This document shows, in pieces, positions 36,574 to 47,005 of a DNA stretch of 64,000 nt (position 1 is the stretch's first letter; each line of letters opens with the position of its first letter). The stretch spans positions 18,532-82,531 of the forward strand of contig JAXITR010000002.1 of assembly GCA_034679985.1 (NCBI GenBank), written 5' to 3'. Below the pieces are notes generated by a model that was not told the origin of the DNA, did no database searches, and saw only the letters and a program-made list of their open reading frames with translations. The DNA comes from Cryomorphaceae bacterium. GTDB taxonomy: Bacteria > Bacteroidota > Bacteroidia > Flavobacteriales > Schleiferiaceae. Both the position numbers and the translations under genes were made by a program.

Positions 36574-37601
36574 AGACCGTCCTCGTCACCGGAGGCCTGG
36601 GCTACATCGGCGCGCACACCGCCGTCGTGCTTTTGGAGCGCGGCTACAACGTGGTGCTGGTGGACAACCTGGACAACACCCGGGCCGAGGTACTGGACGG
36701 CATTGAGGCCATTGCCGGCGTTCGACCGCGCTGGGACAACGTAAATCTGTCCGACGCCGCTGCCGTGGAAGCCTGGTGGCCCACCTTGCCGCACGTGGAC
36801 GGAATTGTGCACTTTGCCGCCCACAAGGCCGTGGGGGAGAGCGTCGCCCAGCCGTTGAAGTACTACCGGAACAACCTGATGAGCCAGGCGTTGCTTTTGG
36901 AGCGGGTCGCGCAAAAGCCGGAGACGGCGTTTTTGTTCAGTTCTTCCTGCACCGTCTACGGCCAAGCGGAGCACCTGCCCATTGCGGAAGGTTCGCCCAT
37001 CTTGCCGGCGGAGTCCCCCTACGGAAACACCAAGCAAATCGGCGAAGAGATGCTGCGCGACGCGGCTCGGGCGCACGGTTTTCACGCCATTGCCCTGCGT
37101 TACTTCAACCCCATCGGTGCCCATCCGTCGGCCCTCATTGGCGAGTTGCCCTTGGGCGTGCCGCAAAATTTAGTACCCTTTGTTACCCAAACGGCAGCGG
37201 GAATTCGCCCGGCGTTGAGCGTTTTTGGCAACGACTACCCCACGCGGGACGGCACCGCCATCCGGGACTACATCCACGTGGTGGACCTGGCCGAGGCCCA
37301 CGCCGTAGCCTTGGAGCGTTTGCTGGACCGGACGAGCGAGGAACCTGTGGAAGTGTTCAACCTGGGCACGGGCACCGGATCCACCGTTTTGGAGGTCATT
37401 CAGTCCTTCGAACGATCCACCGGCGCTACCCTTCCGTGGAATTTTGCGCCCAGACGCCCCGGTGATGTGGTGGCCGCCTACGCGGACACCGCCAAAGCCG
37501 AACGGGTTTTGGGTTGGAAAACGAAACGTACCTTGGACGAGGCCATGGCCGATGCTTGGCGTTGGCAGCAACACGTCCTGAATTCATCCTCCAGCATTTG
37601 A
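36570..37601 (+). CDS. galE: UDP-glucose 4-epimerase
   Basis: ATGA overlap with the preceding gene. Motifs: [36 protein letters not shown]. Confidence 0.9.
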   Translation: MKTVLVTGGLGYIGAHTAVVLLERGYNVVLVDNLDNTRAEVLDGIEAIAGVRPRWDNVNLSDAAAVEAWWPTLPHVDGIVHFAAHKAVGESVAQPLKYYRNNLMSQALLLERVAQKPETAFLFSSSCTVYGQAEHLPIAEGSPILPAESPYGNTKQIGEEMLRDAARAHGFHAIALRYFNPIGAHPSALIGELPLGVPQNLVPFVTQTAAGIRPALSVFGNDYPTRDGTAIRDYIHVVDLAEAHAVALERLLDRTSEEPVEVFNLGTGTGSTVLEVIQSFERSTGATLPWNFAPRRPGDVVAAYADTAKAERVLGWKTKRTLDEAMADAWRWQQHVLNSSSSI

Positions 37602-37617
37602 ACCGATTGCAGCGCTC

Positions 37618-38676
37618 ATGAATTTCCGCGAAACCCTCCTCATTACCGGCGGTGCCGGGTTCATCGGTTCCCACACGGTCCGACGCTTTCTACGCAACCC
37701 CGAAACGCGCGTGGTCAATGTGGACGCCCTGACCTACGCCGGGAATTTGGAGAATTTGGTGGACCTGGCGGAGGCCCCCAACTACGTGTTTGAGCGCGTG
37801 GACATCACGGACGCTGCCGAGGTGGCCCGGCTCTTTGCGCAGTACCGGCCCGATGGGGTGGTGCATTTGGCCGCAGAAAGCCACGTGGACCGGTCCATTG
37901 CGGACCCCATGGCCTTTGTGCGCACCAACGTGATCGGCACGGTGACTTTGCTGAACGCGGCGGTGGCCGCCTGGAAGGTCGATGGCTTTGCCGGCAAGCG
38001 CTTTTACCACATCAGCACGGACGAGGTCTTTGGCGCCCTCGGCGCAGAAGGTTACTTCACCGAAACCACGCCGTACAGCCCCAACAGCCCCTACAGCGCA
38101 AGCAAGGCGGCGTCGGACCATTTTGTGCGCGCCTACCACGAGACCTACGGCCTGCCTGTGGTGCTGTCCAACTGCTCCAACAACTACGGCTCGCATCATT
38201 TTCCGGAAAAGTTGATTCCCTTGATGATTCACAACATCGTTGAAAAAAAGCCATTGCCCATTTACGGCGACGGTCAGTACACCCGCGACTGGCTTTTTGT
38301 GGAAGACCACGCCACGGCCATCGAAACCGTTTACCGCTCCGGTGCACCCGGCGAAACCTACTGCATTGGCGGGTGGAACGAGTGGACCAACCTGGATTTG
38401 GTGCATTTATTGTGCGCCGTAATGGACGAGAAGCTAGGTCGGGCGGCAGGCGAAAGCGCCCAGCTCATCACCTTTGTGAAAGACCGCCCCGGGCACGACA
38501 AGCGCTACGCCATTGACGCGTCCAAAATCGAACGCGAATTGGGCTGGAAGCCTTCCGTCACCTTTGAGGAAGGCCTGGCACGAACCGTCGATTGGTACCT
38601 GAACAACCCCGAATGGTTGGCCAACGTGACCAGCGGCGCCTACCAACAGTATTACGAAAAACAGTATTTGCGATGA
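37618..38676 (+). CDS. rfbB: dTDP-glucose 4,6-dehydratase
   Basis: 352 aa. Motifs: [39 protein letters not shown]. Confidence 0.92.
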   Translation: MNFRETLLITGGAGFIGSHTVRRFLRNPETRVVNVDALTYAGNLENLVDLAEAPNYVFERVDITDAAEVARLFAQYRPDGVVHLAAESHVDRSIADPMAFVRTNVIGTVTLLNAAVAAWKVDGFAGKRFYHISTDEVFGALGAEGYFTETTPYSPNSPYSASKAASDHFVRAYHETYGLPVVLSNCSNNYGSHHFPEKLIPLMIHNIVEKKPLPIYGDGQYTRDWLFVEDHATAIETVYRSGAPGETYCIGGWNEWTNLDLVHLLCAVMDEKLGRAAGESAQLITFVKDRPGHDKRYAIDASKIERELGWKPSVTFEEGLARTVDWYLNNPEWLANVTSGAYQQYYEKQYLR

Positions 38677-40772
38677 AAGCACTGTACGCATTGGCCCTGG
38701 TGGCAGCACCCTTTCTGGGCAAGGCCCAAGGCAATTCAAACGTTGGAACCGTTCCGACCGACCTCAAGCCCTTGACCGCGGAGACCCTGTGGAAATTGGG
38801 ACGTGTTTCCCTGGAAGCCGTTAGCCCGGACGGAAGCCTTGCGTTATACGGCGTGGCCCGGTACGACGTGGCCGCCAACAAGGGCGAGCGCAACCTATTC
38901 ACGGTAGACACCAAAAGCGGCATCGCCCGAGCGCTCACGGAAACGGAAGGAGCTGAAACCGATGCCTTTTTCCTGCGCGGAGGCGCGCGGGTGGGGTACC
39001 TGTACCAAGGCCAGTTGTGGTCCGTCGGGGTCAACGGAACGGACCGCAAACAGCACACCCAGTTTCCCGACGGAATCTCCAACCTGAAGGTTCAGGAAAC
39101 CAAAGACGGTCGCCTGTTGTGCGTGTTCACGGTGGTTCAAAAGGTGGGTACGGCTCCCACCGAGGGGCACCCCAATTTCCCCAAAGCAGACTACAAAGCG
39201 TACAACGATCTGATGTACCGCCACTGGGACCACTGGACGGACAACTCCTACGAGCATCCGGCTTGGTCTTTACTGGACCTCAACGCCACTGCCCCCGCGG
39301 CGGCCTTTACGGACCTCCTGGAAGGTTTGGCCTATTCCTCTCCCGTGCCTCCCATGGGCGGGTCGGACGCCTACGCCATCAGCCCCGACGGCCGCTACAT
39401 TGCCTACGTGTGCAAACGTCAGAACGGCAAGGAATTTGCCCTCAGCACCAACAGCCAAATCTATCTGCACGATCGCGAATCTGGATCCACCACGGAGTTG
39501 CCCGGCCAGCCCGGTTACGAAAGCCAGCCGGCTTTTTCGCCCGACGGTTCGGTTTTGACGTACCTCTCCATGCCCACGGACGGCTTTGAGTCCGACGTCA
39601 ATCAGCTGTGGGCCGTGGCCCTGCGTTCCGGTCCCGGTGCGGGCCGCAACGCCGTGCGCTTGTTGGAGGAGGAGTACATCGAGTCTTACAAGTGGATCAA
39701 TGCCAACACGTTGTTGTTTCAGTACGCCACCCAGGCTACCCAACAAATTGCGCGGGTTGATTTTGTTCCGCGTACGGCCGGGGGCATCCCCTCCGTCAAG
39801 AAGGTAACGCCGCTGACCGGCGGCGACTTCAACTACGGCGCCTTCGGCGCCGGCGGCACCACCGTCGTGGCCGAGCGCCAAGACATCAACCGAGCCAACG
39901 AATTGTTTGTTCTATCCTTGGGCGGCGGTGAGGCCAAGGCCCTGACCCACGTCAACGACACGGCCTACGACGGCATTGCCAAGAGCAAGGTGCAGAAACG
40001 TTGGATCACCACCACCGACGGCAAGAAAATGCTGACTTGGGTGGTATTGCCCCCCAACTTCGACGAAAAGAAGAGTTACCCCGCTTTGCTGTACTGCCAG
40101 GGCGGCCCCCAAAGCGCCGTGTCGCAATTCTACTCCTTCCGCTGGAACTTCCAACTGATGGCCGCCAACGGCTACGTGGTGGTGGCCCCCAACCGACGCG
40201 GCGTTCCCGGATTCGGCAAAGAATGGAACGAAGCCATCTCCGGCGATTGGGGCGGGCAGGCCATGAAGGACTATTTGTCTGCCATCGACTCCGTTGCGAA
40301 AGAACCCTACGTCAACAAAGAAGCCCTGGGCGCCGTGGGCGCCAGCTACGGCGGATACTCCGTTTACATGCTGGCCGGCATCCACGAAAACCGCTTCAAG
40401 GCCTTGATCAGCCACTGCGGCGTCTTTGATTTGCGCAGCATGTACCTCACCACGGAAGAAATGTTTTTCGCCAACCACGACATCGGCGGTCCCTACTGGG
40501 CACCCGCGCCTCCGGTGAGCTACGACCTCCACAACCCCAGCAACTACGTGGACCGCTGGAACGCCCCGCTGTTGGTCATCCACGGCGGACGGGACTACCG
40601 CGTTCCGGAAAGCCAAGGCATGATGGCCTACCAAGCCGCGCAACTGCGCAACGTGCCCAGCAGATTCGTGTATTTTCCCACGGAAGGACATTGGGTTTTG
40701 AAGCCGCAAAACGCCATGGTCTGGAACACGGAGTTCTTTGGTTGGTTGGATCAGTGGCTGAAAAAGCCGTGA
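38673..40772 (+). CDS. S9-family serine peptidase (prolyl-oligopeptidase / acylaminoacyl-peptidase-like) with an N-terminal beta-propeller
   Basis: Track ORF 38592..40772 trimmed to ATG 38673 ([20 protein letters not shown] signal peptide), which forms an ATGA overlap with the rfbB stop. Nucleophile motif VGASYGGYS; C-terminal HGGRDYRVP and EGHW. Confidence 0.85.
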   Translation: MKALYALALVAAPFLGKAQGNSNVGTVPTDLKPLTAETLWKLGRVSLEAVSPDGSLALYGVARYDVAANKGERNLFTVDTKSGIARALTETEGAETDAFFLRGGARVGYLYQGQLWSVGVNGTDRKQHTQFPDGISNLKVQETKDGRLLCVFTVVQKVGTAPTEGHPNFPKADYKAYNDLMYRHWDHWTDNSYEHPAWSLLDLNATAPAAAFTDLLEGLAYSSPVPPMGGSDAYAISPDGRYIAYVCKRQNGKEFALSTNSQIYLHDRESGSTTELPGQPGYESQPAFSPDGSVLTYLSMPTDGFESDVNQLWAVALRSGPGAGRNAVRLLEEEYIESYKWINANTLLFQYATQATQQIARVDFVPRTAGGIPSVKKVTPLTGGDFNYGAFGAGGTTVVAERQDINRANELFVLSLGGGEAKALTHVNDTAYDGIAKSKVQKRWITTTDGKKMLTWVVLPPNFDEKKSYPALLYCQGGPQSAVSQFYSFRWNFQLMAANGYVVVAPNRRGVPGFGKEWNEAISGDWGGQAMKDYLSAIDSVAKEPYVNKEALGAVGASYGGYSVYMLAGIHENRFKALISHCGVFDLRSMYLTTEEMFFANHDIGGPYWAPAPPVSYDLHNPSNYVDRWNAPLLVIHGGRDYRVPESQGMMAYQAAQLRNVPSRFVYFPTEGHWVLKPQNAMVWNTEFFGWLDQWLKKP

Positions 40773-42013
40773 CGCCCTGGGTTGCCGGTACCTTGCCGTG
40801 CGGTCTGCGTTGGGTGCACCAAGAAACGGCGGCACCCACGGGGCACATTGGTTTGATCGTACGGGCCGGAACCCGCGACGAAGGTCCGGACGAACCCGGG
40901 TTGGCGCACTTCATTGAGCACCTCCTGTTCAAGGGCACCGCAAAACGCAAACCGTTCCACCTCCTGTCCAAGATTGAGGACGCTGGGGGCGAGCTGAATG
41001 CCTACACCGGCAAGGAAGACACCACCGTCTACGCCAGTTTCCTGGCGGAAAATTACCCGGCCGCGTTGGACGTTCTGCTGGACATTGCCTTCCGATCGGT
41101 CTTTCCGGAGAAGGAGCTGAAGAAAGAACAAGAGGTTATTGCGGACGAAATCGACGCCTACCTGGATGCTCCGTCGGAGTTGATTTTTGACGATTTTGAA
41201 GAACTCCTTTTTGCGGGGCATGCTTTGGGCCACAACATTTTGGGCACCAAAGAGTCGTTGCAAACGTTTACCCGCGAGCAAGTGCTGCGTTTTGTGCGCA
41301 CGCACTACGTGCCCGCAAACATGGTCCTGTCTTCCGTGGGCCGGATTTCCGCCGCCCGTCTGGAGCGCCTTTTGCTTCGTTTGACGGCCGACTTGCCGGA
41401 GTCCCTAAATGCCCCCGTACCCCAAAGATCCCCTGCACCTTCGTATGCGCCAGTGCAAAAAACCGGCCGCGATACCCACCAGTGCCACGTGGTGCTGGGA
41501 AGCAGGGCCCTTTCTGTCCACGATCCCGCTCTGACCACAGGCGTGTTGCTGAACAACGTGTTGGGCGGTCCGGCCATGAGCAGCCGCTTGAACTTGAACA
41601 TTCGGGAGCGCTACGGCATTGCCTACCAAATCGAGAGTTTTTTCACCCCGTACTCGGATACCGGCTTGCAAGGCGTGTACGTGGGCACGGATTCCGACGC
41701 CGTGGACCGAGCTGTGCGTTTGATCCACAAGGAATTGCGTCACTTGCGTGAAGTCCCCTTGGGCGTGGTGCAACTGGCCAAAGCCAAGCAGCAACTGTTG
41801 GGTCAGATGGCCCTCGCCCAGGAAAGTCCGGGTGCGTGGATGACGGCTTTGGGACGATCCTATCTACTGTTCAACCGCATGGAAACCTTTGACGAGATTC
41901 GCGCCAAGGTAAACGCCGTTACGGCTCACGACGTGCAGGAGCTGGCCAATCGCTGGTACGATCCTGCCCAACTGACCACCCTCGTGTACGAACCTACCGA
42001 CGAAGACGAATAG
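40769..42013 (+). CDS. M16-family (pitrilysin-like) zinc peptidase
   Basis: Track ORF 40691..42013 trimmed to GTG 40769, which forms a GTGA overlap with the S9 stop. HxxEH motif in GLAHFIEHLLFKGT. Confidence 0.8.
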   Translation: MTPWVAGTLPCGLRWVHQETAAPTGHIGLIVRAGTRDEGPDEPGLAHFIEHLLFKGTAKRKPFHLLSKIEDAGGELNAYTGKEDTTVYASFLAENYPAALDVLLDIAFRSVFPEKELKKEQEVIADEIDAYLDAPSELIFDDFEELLFAGHALGHNILGTKESLQTFTREQVLRFVRTHYVPANMVLSSVGRISAARLERLLLRLTADLPESLNAPVPQRSPAPSYAPVQKTGRDTHQCHVVLGSRALSVHDPALTTGVLLNNVLGGPAMSSRLNLNIRERYGIAYQIESFFTPYSDTGLQGVYVGTDSDAVDRAVRLIHKELRHLREVPLGVVQLAKAKQQLLGQMALAQESPGAWMTALGRSYLLFNRMETFDEIRAKVNAVTAHDVQELANRWYDPAQLTTLVYEPTDEDE

Positions 42014-42024
42014 ATTCAAGCCCC

Positions 42025-42681
42025 ATGGAATTTTTACCCGAAAATATTGATCGGTACGCCGGTCTTTGGACCGAGCCGGCGTCGGAATTACTGCAGCGCA
42101 TTGAGCGCGAAACCTGGCAGGAAGTGTTGATGCCGCGCATGCTCAGCGGCCACCAGCAAGGGCGTTTTCTCAGCCTCATCAGCCACCTGATGCACCCCAA
42201 ACGCATCCTGGAAATCGGCACCTACACCGGCTACAGCGCGCTTTGTTTGGCGGAGGGAATGGCGCCGGACGGCGTTTTGCACACCATAGACATCAACGAA
42301 GAATTGGAGAACCGGGTTCGTGGGTACTTCAACGCCTCCGGCAAAGGCGATCAATTGCACCTGCACGTGGGTGCGGCCTTGGACGTCTTGGCAACCGCAG
42401 ACTGGGCCCGTGAGCCGTGGGATTTTGTCTTCATCGACGCCGACAAAGAAAACTACAGCGCGTACTACAACGCTGTAGTGGATCGCGTGCGTCCGGGGGG
42501 ATTGATCGTAGCAGACAACGTGCTGTGGAGCGGCAAGGTGGCGGACCCGCAAGAGCAAGATTCAGAAACGGAAGGACTGCGGGCGTACGTGGCGCACGCC
42601 CAAAAAGACCCCCGCGTGGTGCACCAATTGCTTCCGTTTCGGGACGGGTTGAGCGTCAGCCGTCGAGTCGCTCGGCCGTAA
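42025..42681 (+). CDS. Class I SAM-dependent O-methyltransferase (caffeoyl-CoA OMT-like)
   Basis: 218 aa. Motifs: ILEIGTYTGYSALCLAEG, FDFVFIDADKENY, LIVADNVLWSG. Confidence 0.8.
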   Translation: MEFLPENIDRYAGLWTEPASELLQRIERETWQEVLMPRMLSGHQQGRFLSLISHLMHPKRILEIGTYTGYSALCLAEGMAPDGVLHTIDINEELENRVRGYFNASGKGDQLHLHVGAALDVLATADWAREPWDFVFIDADKENYSAYYNAVVDRVRPGGLIVADNVLWSGKVADPQEQDSETEGLRAYVAHAQKDPRVVHQLLPFRDGLSVSRRVARP

Positions 42682-42985
42682 ACTCGTTCTGGATTTCCAG
42701 CAACGTGCGGAAAGCCACGAATTTGCCGCCAAAGCGTTCTTCCGTCTGCCTGCGCAGCCCGGGTGCATACAGTTCCTGGTACAGCTGAAAGTCTTCCATC
42801 AGGGCAAATCGGTACTGAATGGAGTAGGTGGTGCCGGTTTCCTCCTCCACCAAAACGCGGGTGAACCGACAGTCCAAAAATTGGCCCGTGGACAAGACTT
42901 CCGGAATGTGGACCTCCAGCATCCAATCCTTCCAAAGGGCGTGTGCGGAGTCGTCGATGTTGACGGTAACGTTGTAGACGTACAT
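42656..42985 (-). CDS. Small conserved hypothetical protein (DUF4286-like)
   Basis: Track ORF 42656..43174 trimmed to ATG 42985 (MYVYNVTVNIDDSAHALWKDWMLEVHIPEVL), which shares one nt with the upstream TPR gene stop (TGATG). Family assignment is from memory. Confidence 0.6.
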   Translation of the reverse strand: MYVYNVTVNIDDSAHALWKDWMLEVHIPEVLSTGQFLDCRFTRVLVEEETGTTYSIQYRFALMEDFQLYQELYAPGLRRQTEERFGGKFVAFRTLLEIQNEFTAERLDG

Positions 42986-44817
42986 CAGTTGGCGGTTTTT
43001 GGGCCCGGTCGGTAGCGCTGGCGAGCCAGCTCGGACCAATACGAGTCCGGGTAGATTTCCATTAAACGAAGATACAGAGCACGGGCTTCGTCGGCCCGAC
43101 TCCCCCCAGAGTTGGCCACAATTTGCGCCCACTCCCACAAAGCATCGTCGCCCAGGGCATGCCGTTCCGGCCATTCCACAAGCGGCCGATAGGCCGCCTC
43201 AGTTTGTGCGGTGTTTCCTTGGTCCCGGTTCCAACGCGCCCAAGCCAGGGCCGCGTGGAAGTACAGCGGATTGGATGGGGGCAGGGCACGCACCAACGAA
43301 TCCAGAATCCGGCCAGCGGCGGCCTCGCTTCGCTCGGCCCGCAGCAGTTCTGCGCGGGCAAACGGACGCAACGACGCGCCGGTGGAATCCTCCGCCAGAA
43401 TCTCGTCCAGCAGCTGCGTACGCGCCAGCGCGTCGTTCGCAATTTTCTTCGACGTACTCGTCTTCAGCACCTCCCACTGCGTTTTGGCCCAGGCGATGTC
43501 CCCGGTTAAGTAAGCCACCCGCGCCTTGCGAAAAGCCGCTTCGTCCCCCAAGGGGTTTCCACCAAAGTCTTGGGCCACCTCCGCATACCGCATCAGCGCG
43601 GAAAAGGGCGCTCCCAAGAGCAAATCCAAATCCCCCAAAAACAAGACCACGGAACCCCGCAACGGATCGTTGTCCGGGAGTCGGTCCGGAACCCCATCCA
43701 GCACGCGTACGGCAGAATCGCTTTTGTTCCATCCGGCCACCAAAACCTGCGCCAAGGCCAATCGGGCCGACGGTTCCCAGCCGGCGGGCCATCCGGATTG
43801 CGGCTGCAAACCCAAGTTTAAGGTGCGGCGAAGTTCCGCATACCGCTCCGGGCGTTTTCCCTGCAAAGACCATAGGGCCTCGTGTGATTCCCGGGCAAAC
43901 GGCATTTGCACCCCCGCCAGAATCAGGTAGCCGTAGCATTGCTCCGCGGCATCCCATCGTTCCGCATTTTCTGCGGCACGCCCCAACTGGTAGATTGCCA
44001 AGCGCTGGGCGGGCTCCCCTCCAGACCGACGGTCCAACGCCTTCAATTGGACCAAGGCGTCGTCAAACAACTGCTCCTGGATGTAGCACCACACCAAAAA
44101 ATCCTCGTGCGGAAGTGAATTCCCCAACTGCAGCCGCCCAATCAAGGCGTCGTACAGCAATTCCGCGCGCGGAATCCGTCCGTTCTCGTCCAACGAGTTG
44201 GACAGAAACATTTGCAAAGTAGCCACGAAACCGGGGTTTTCGTCCAGCAACTGAACGTAACCGCGGTAGACGTTGGGCAGGTCGCCCAAATCTGCCCAGA
44301 GCAGTACTTTTTGGTAGGTGAACCGCATGCCCGGCACGGCGCTCTCTGCTGCTTCCAAAACAGCAACGGCCTCGGCAAAAAGACCGTAGGATTTGAAACG
44401 ATCGGATAGGGGAGAAGCGTTGCCCGGTTGCAGGGCCGCACCCGCCGCGGCGGACTTTAGGGCTGCGGCATAGTCTTCGGTGCGCCCCATTTTTTTGCAA
44501 ACGTAGGCTTCGTCTGCGGTGTAGAAAAGTGCGCGGTTGCGCATGCGTTTGGCGTGCCGGTCAACGACTTTGCGTGCTTCGTCGCCGCGTTCTGCTTGGA
44601 GCAGCAATCCAATCAACGCCTGCAGTCGCTCGTCGTTGGGCTGGTCCTTGTAAGCTGTTTCAGCTACCGCCAGCAAACTGTCTATCGACGGCGGAACAGC
44701 GCCAACAATACCGGTCGGAGCACGACGAACCTTGTTTTGGGTTTCCCCTGGGGATTGAGCCCTAGCCCCTCCAGCGGACAGGGCCGTCCAAACAACCAGC
44801 AGGAACAGGGACCTCAT
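42985..44817 (-). CDS. Secreted TPR-like repeat protein (610 aa)
   Basis: Track ORF 42985..44832 (GTG) trimmed to ATG 44817 (MRSLFLLVVWTALSAGGARAQS signal peptide), which forms an ATGA overlap with the upstream lipoprotein stop. Helical repeat-like sequence throughout. The C-terminus YLRLMEIYPDSYWSELARQRY resembles YbgF-type TPR ends. Confidence 0.7.
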   Translation of the reverse strand: MRSLFLLVVWTALSAGGARAQSPGETQNKVRRAPTGIVGAVPPSIDSLLAVAETAYKDQPNDERLQALIGLLLQAERGDEARKVVDRHAKRMRNRALFYTADEAYVCKKMGRTEDYAAALKSAAAGAALQPGNASPLSDRFKSYGLFAEAVAVLEAAESAVPGMRFTYQKVLLWADLGDLPNVYRGYVQLLDENPGFVATLQMFLSNSLDENGRIPRAELLYDALIGRLQLGNSLPHEDFLVWCYIQEQLFDDALVQLKALDRRSGGEPAQRLAIYQLGRAAENAERWDAAEQCYGYLILAGVQMPFARESHEALWSLQGKRPERYAELRRTLNLGLQPQSGWPAGWEPSARLALAQVLVAGWNKSDSAVRVLDGVPDRLPDNDPLRGSVVLFLGDLDLLLGAPFSALMRYAEVAQDFGGNPLGDEAAFRKARVAYLTGDIAWAKTQWEVLKTSTSKKIANDALARTQLLDEILAEDSTGASLRPFARAELLRAERSEAAAGRILDSLVRALPPSNPLYFHAALAWARWNRDQGNTAQTEAAYRPLVEWPERHALGDDALWEWAQIVANSGGSRADEARALYLRLMEIYPDSYWSELARQRYRPGPKTAN

Positions 44818-45365
44818 TTCGGACTGCCCCACTGGGCAAAGTGGTCTTCCATGCGGACGTTCAAACTGTCAGCCTTGTCCAAGCACCATTGCGCGGCGTG
44901 CATTCGGGAGCGGGCGTCTTGGAGCACCGCCCACAGGGCACCTTCTTCGTCCCGCAGGTAAACCCGGCCTTGCGCCGTATCCAGGTATTCCGTGCGCACG
45001 TCGTGGGCCAGGCTTTTCAATCGTGCGGATCCGGCGGTTAAGGCGCCCATCCAAACGCGTCGCTGAGCTTGAAATTTAAAGAGGTTTTTCGCAGACCGGT
45101 CCAGCGTCGTTCCGTCGGACACCACCACGTCTCGCTTGCTGCTGTCTGCAGCGTATGGAGCCAACCGCTCTAAGTTGACGCGGTATACGATCAGCGCGTT
45201 TTCCACCGCCAAACTGTCCACAGCGGCCAGGCTGTCGTGCAAAGCTTCCACTTTTTCCCGCAGCGCCAAGGCATCCGCTTCCACCTCAGATGAAGCGCTG
45301 CACCCCACCGCACCCACCACAAGGATCGCCAGTGAAAGGCCCGTGAGAAAGGGTATAAACTTCAT
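44814..45365 (-). CDS. Hypothetical lipoprotein (183 aa)
   Basis: Track ORF 44814..45491 trimmed to ATG 45365. Lipoprotein signal MKFIPFLTGLSLAILVVGAVGC. The remainder is predicted helical. Starts 10 nt after the serS stop. Confidence 0.65.
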   Translation of the reverse strand: MKFIPFLTGLSLAILVVGAVGCSASSEVEADALALREKVEALHDSLAAVDSLAVENALIVYRVNLERLAPYAADSSKRDVVVSDGTTLDRSAKNLFKFQAQRRVWMGALTAGSARLKSLAHDVRTEYLDTAQGRVYLRDEEGALWAVLQDARSRMHAAQWCLDKADSLNVRMEDHFAQWGSPK

Positions 45366-45375
45366 AGTGAGCTGC

Positions 45376-46650
45376 TTAAGAAATTCGGTCAAAGCCCGTG
45401 TACGGCACCAAAGCCGACGGAATTCGGATTCCGTTTTCATCCTGGTGGTTTTCCAACAGCGCAGCCACCACGCGCGGCAAGGCCAAGGCACTGCCGTTCA
45501 GGGTGTGCGCCAGTTGCGTTTTGCGGTCCGACGTCCGTCGGTAGCGCAGCTTCAAACGATTGGCTTGGTAGGTCTCAAAATTGCTGACCGAACTCACCTC
45601 CAGCCAGCGCTGCTGCGCAGCAGACCACACCTCAAAATCGTACGTCAGGGCAGAGGTGAAGCCCATGTCGCCTCCGCACAAGCGCAGAATGCGGTAGGGA
45701 AGTTCCAGCGCGTCCAGCAAACCGGCCACGTGCTGCACCATCTCCTCCAATCGGCCGTAGGAATCTTCCGGACGGTCAATGGTGACCACCTCTACTTTGT
45801 CAAACTGGTGCAAACGGTTCAGTCCGCGAACGTCCTTGCCGTAGGAACCTGCCTCGCGGCGAAAACAGGGGGTGTAGGCCGTGAGGCGGATGGGCAAATC
45901 AGACTCGTCCACAATAACGTCGCGGTACAAATTCGTGACGGGCACTTCCGCCGTGGGAATCGCGTACAAATTGTCCGCAACGGCATGGTACATCTGACCT
46001 TCCTTGTCCGGCAATTGTCCGGTTCCAAAGCCCGACGCCTCGTTGACAAAGTGCGGCGGCTGCACTTCCGTGTAGCCTGCTGCCGTATTGCGGTCCAAAA
46101 AGAATTGGATGAGTGCCCGCTGCAAACGAGCACCTTTCCCCAAGTACACCGGAAACCCCGCACCCGTGATTTTCACGCCCAGCTCAAAATCAATCAGGTT
46201 GTACCGGCTGGCAAGATCCCAGTGCGGAACGGCCCCCTCGTGCAGTTGGGGGATGCTGCCCGACGACCGAACCTCTTCGTTGTCCTCGGCGCTCTTCCCA
46301 GCAGGAACGGAGGCGTGTGGCGTGTTCGGCACGGCCACCAACAGGGATTGGAGTGCATTTTCGGCATCGCGCAGAACACCTTCCAAGCGTTTGGCCGTTT
46401 CCTTCAGTGCTGTTGACTTTTCACGCGCCGCATCGGCTTCCGCCTTTTGCCCGGACTTGAAAAAGTCACCAACGGCTTTGGCCAAAAGATTGCTCTCCGC
46501 CAGGCAATCGTCCAGAGCCACTTGGGCCGCGCGCCGCGCGTCGTCCGCCTGGAGCAACTGCTCCACCAGAGCAGCACCGTTTAAACCGCGTTTGTTGAGA
46601 GCGGCTTCGGCCGCGGCGCGCTCAGCGCGAAGGGTAGGTAGGTATAGCAT
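45376..46650 (-). CDS. serS: Seryl-tRNA synthetase
   Basis: Track ORF 45376..46683 trimmed to ATG 46650 (MLYLPTLRAERAAAEAAL). Class II motifs: FRREAGSYGKD, RLHQFDKVE, GSALALPR. Confidence 0.95.
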   Translation of the reverse strand: MLYLPTLRAERAAAEAALNKRGLNGAALVEQLLQADDARRAAQVALDDCLAESNLLAKAVGDFFKSGQKAEADAAREKSTALKETAKRLEGVLRDAENALQSLLVAVPNTPHASVPAGKSAEDNEEVRSSGSIPQLHEGAVPHWDLASRYNLIDFELGVKITGAGFPVYLGKGARLQRALIQFFLDRNTAAGYTEVQPPHFVNEASGFGTGQLPDKEGQMYHAVADNLYAIPTAEVPVTNLYRDVIVDESDLPIRLTAYTPCFRREAGSYGKDVRGLNRLHQFDKVEVVTIDRPEDSYGRLEEMVQHVAGLLDALELPYRILRLCGGDMGFTSALTYDFEVWSAAQQRWLEVSSVSNFETYQANRLKLRYRRTSDRKTQLAHTLNGSALALPRVVAALLENHQDENGIRIPSALVPYTGFDRIS

Positions 46651-46657
46651 GGGGATA

Positions 46658-46665
46658 CAAAAGTA
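46658..46665 (-). promoter_or_regulatory. -7 promoter box TACTTTTG (minus strand), 7 nt upstream of the serS ATG
   Basis: Exact TAnnTTTG match, embedded in the T-tail of the rpmA terminator. Confidence 0.5.
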
Positions 46666-46698
46666 AAAAACCCCCTGGACCATGAGGCCTCAGGGGGT
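46661..46698 (-). terminator. Rho-independent terminator after rplU-rpmA
   Basis: On the minus strand: 8-bp stem ACCCCCTG / CAGGGGGT with a 13-nt loop, followed by TTTTTTACTT. Confidence 0.65.
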
Positions 46699-46721
46699 AA
46701 ATTCTGTGCGACGGACCTCGT

Positions 46722-46982
46722 TTAGGCTTCGAACGGCTGTACCGATACAAAAGACTTGTTGTCTGCCTTTTTGCGGTATACCACCAAACCGTCCACTAGT
46801 GCGAACAAAGTATGGTCTTTTCCGATGCCCACGTTTTGTCCGGGGTGGTGCTGGGTGCCGCGTTGGCGCACGATGATGTTGCCGGCAGTGGCTGGTTGGC
46901 CGCCGTAAATCTTGATGCCCAATCGCTTGCTGTGGGATTCGCGTCCGTTCTTAGAACTACCGACGCCCTTCTTGTGTGCCAT
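46722..46982 (-). CDS. rpmA: 50S ribosomal protein L27
   Basis: [29 protein letters not shown]...; canonical bL27. Confidence 0.97.
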   Translation of the reverse strand: MAHKKGVGSSKNGRESHSKRLGIKIYGGQPATAGNIIVRQRGTQHHPGQNVGIGKDHTLFALVDGLVVYRKKADNKSFVSVQPFEA

Positions 46983-47005
46983 GGATCTGCGGAGGGATTA
47001 AATGA

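Noticed and set aside
45136-46416. 426-aa plus-strand ORF
   Set aside because: It is antisense to serS and the downstream lipoprotein gene. The translation is R/Q/V-rich with no recognisable domain.
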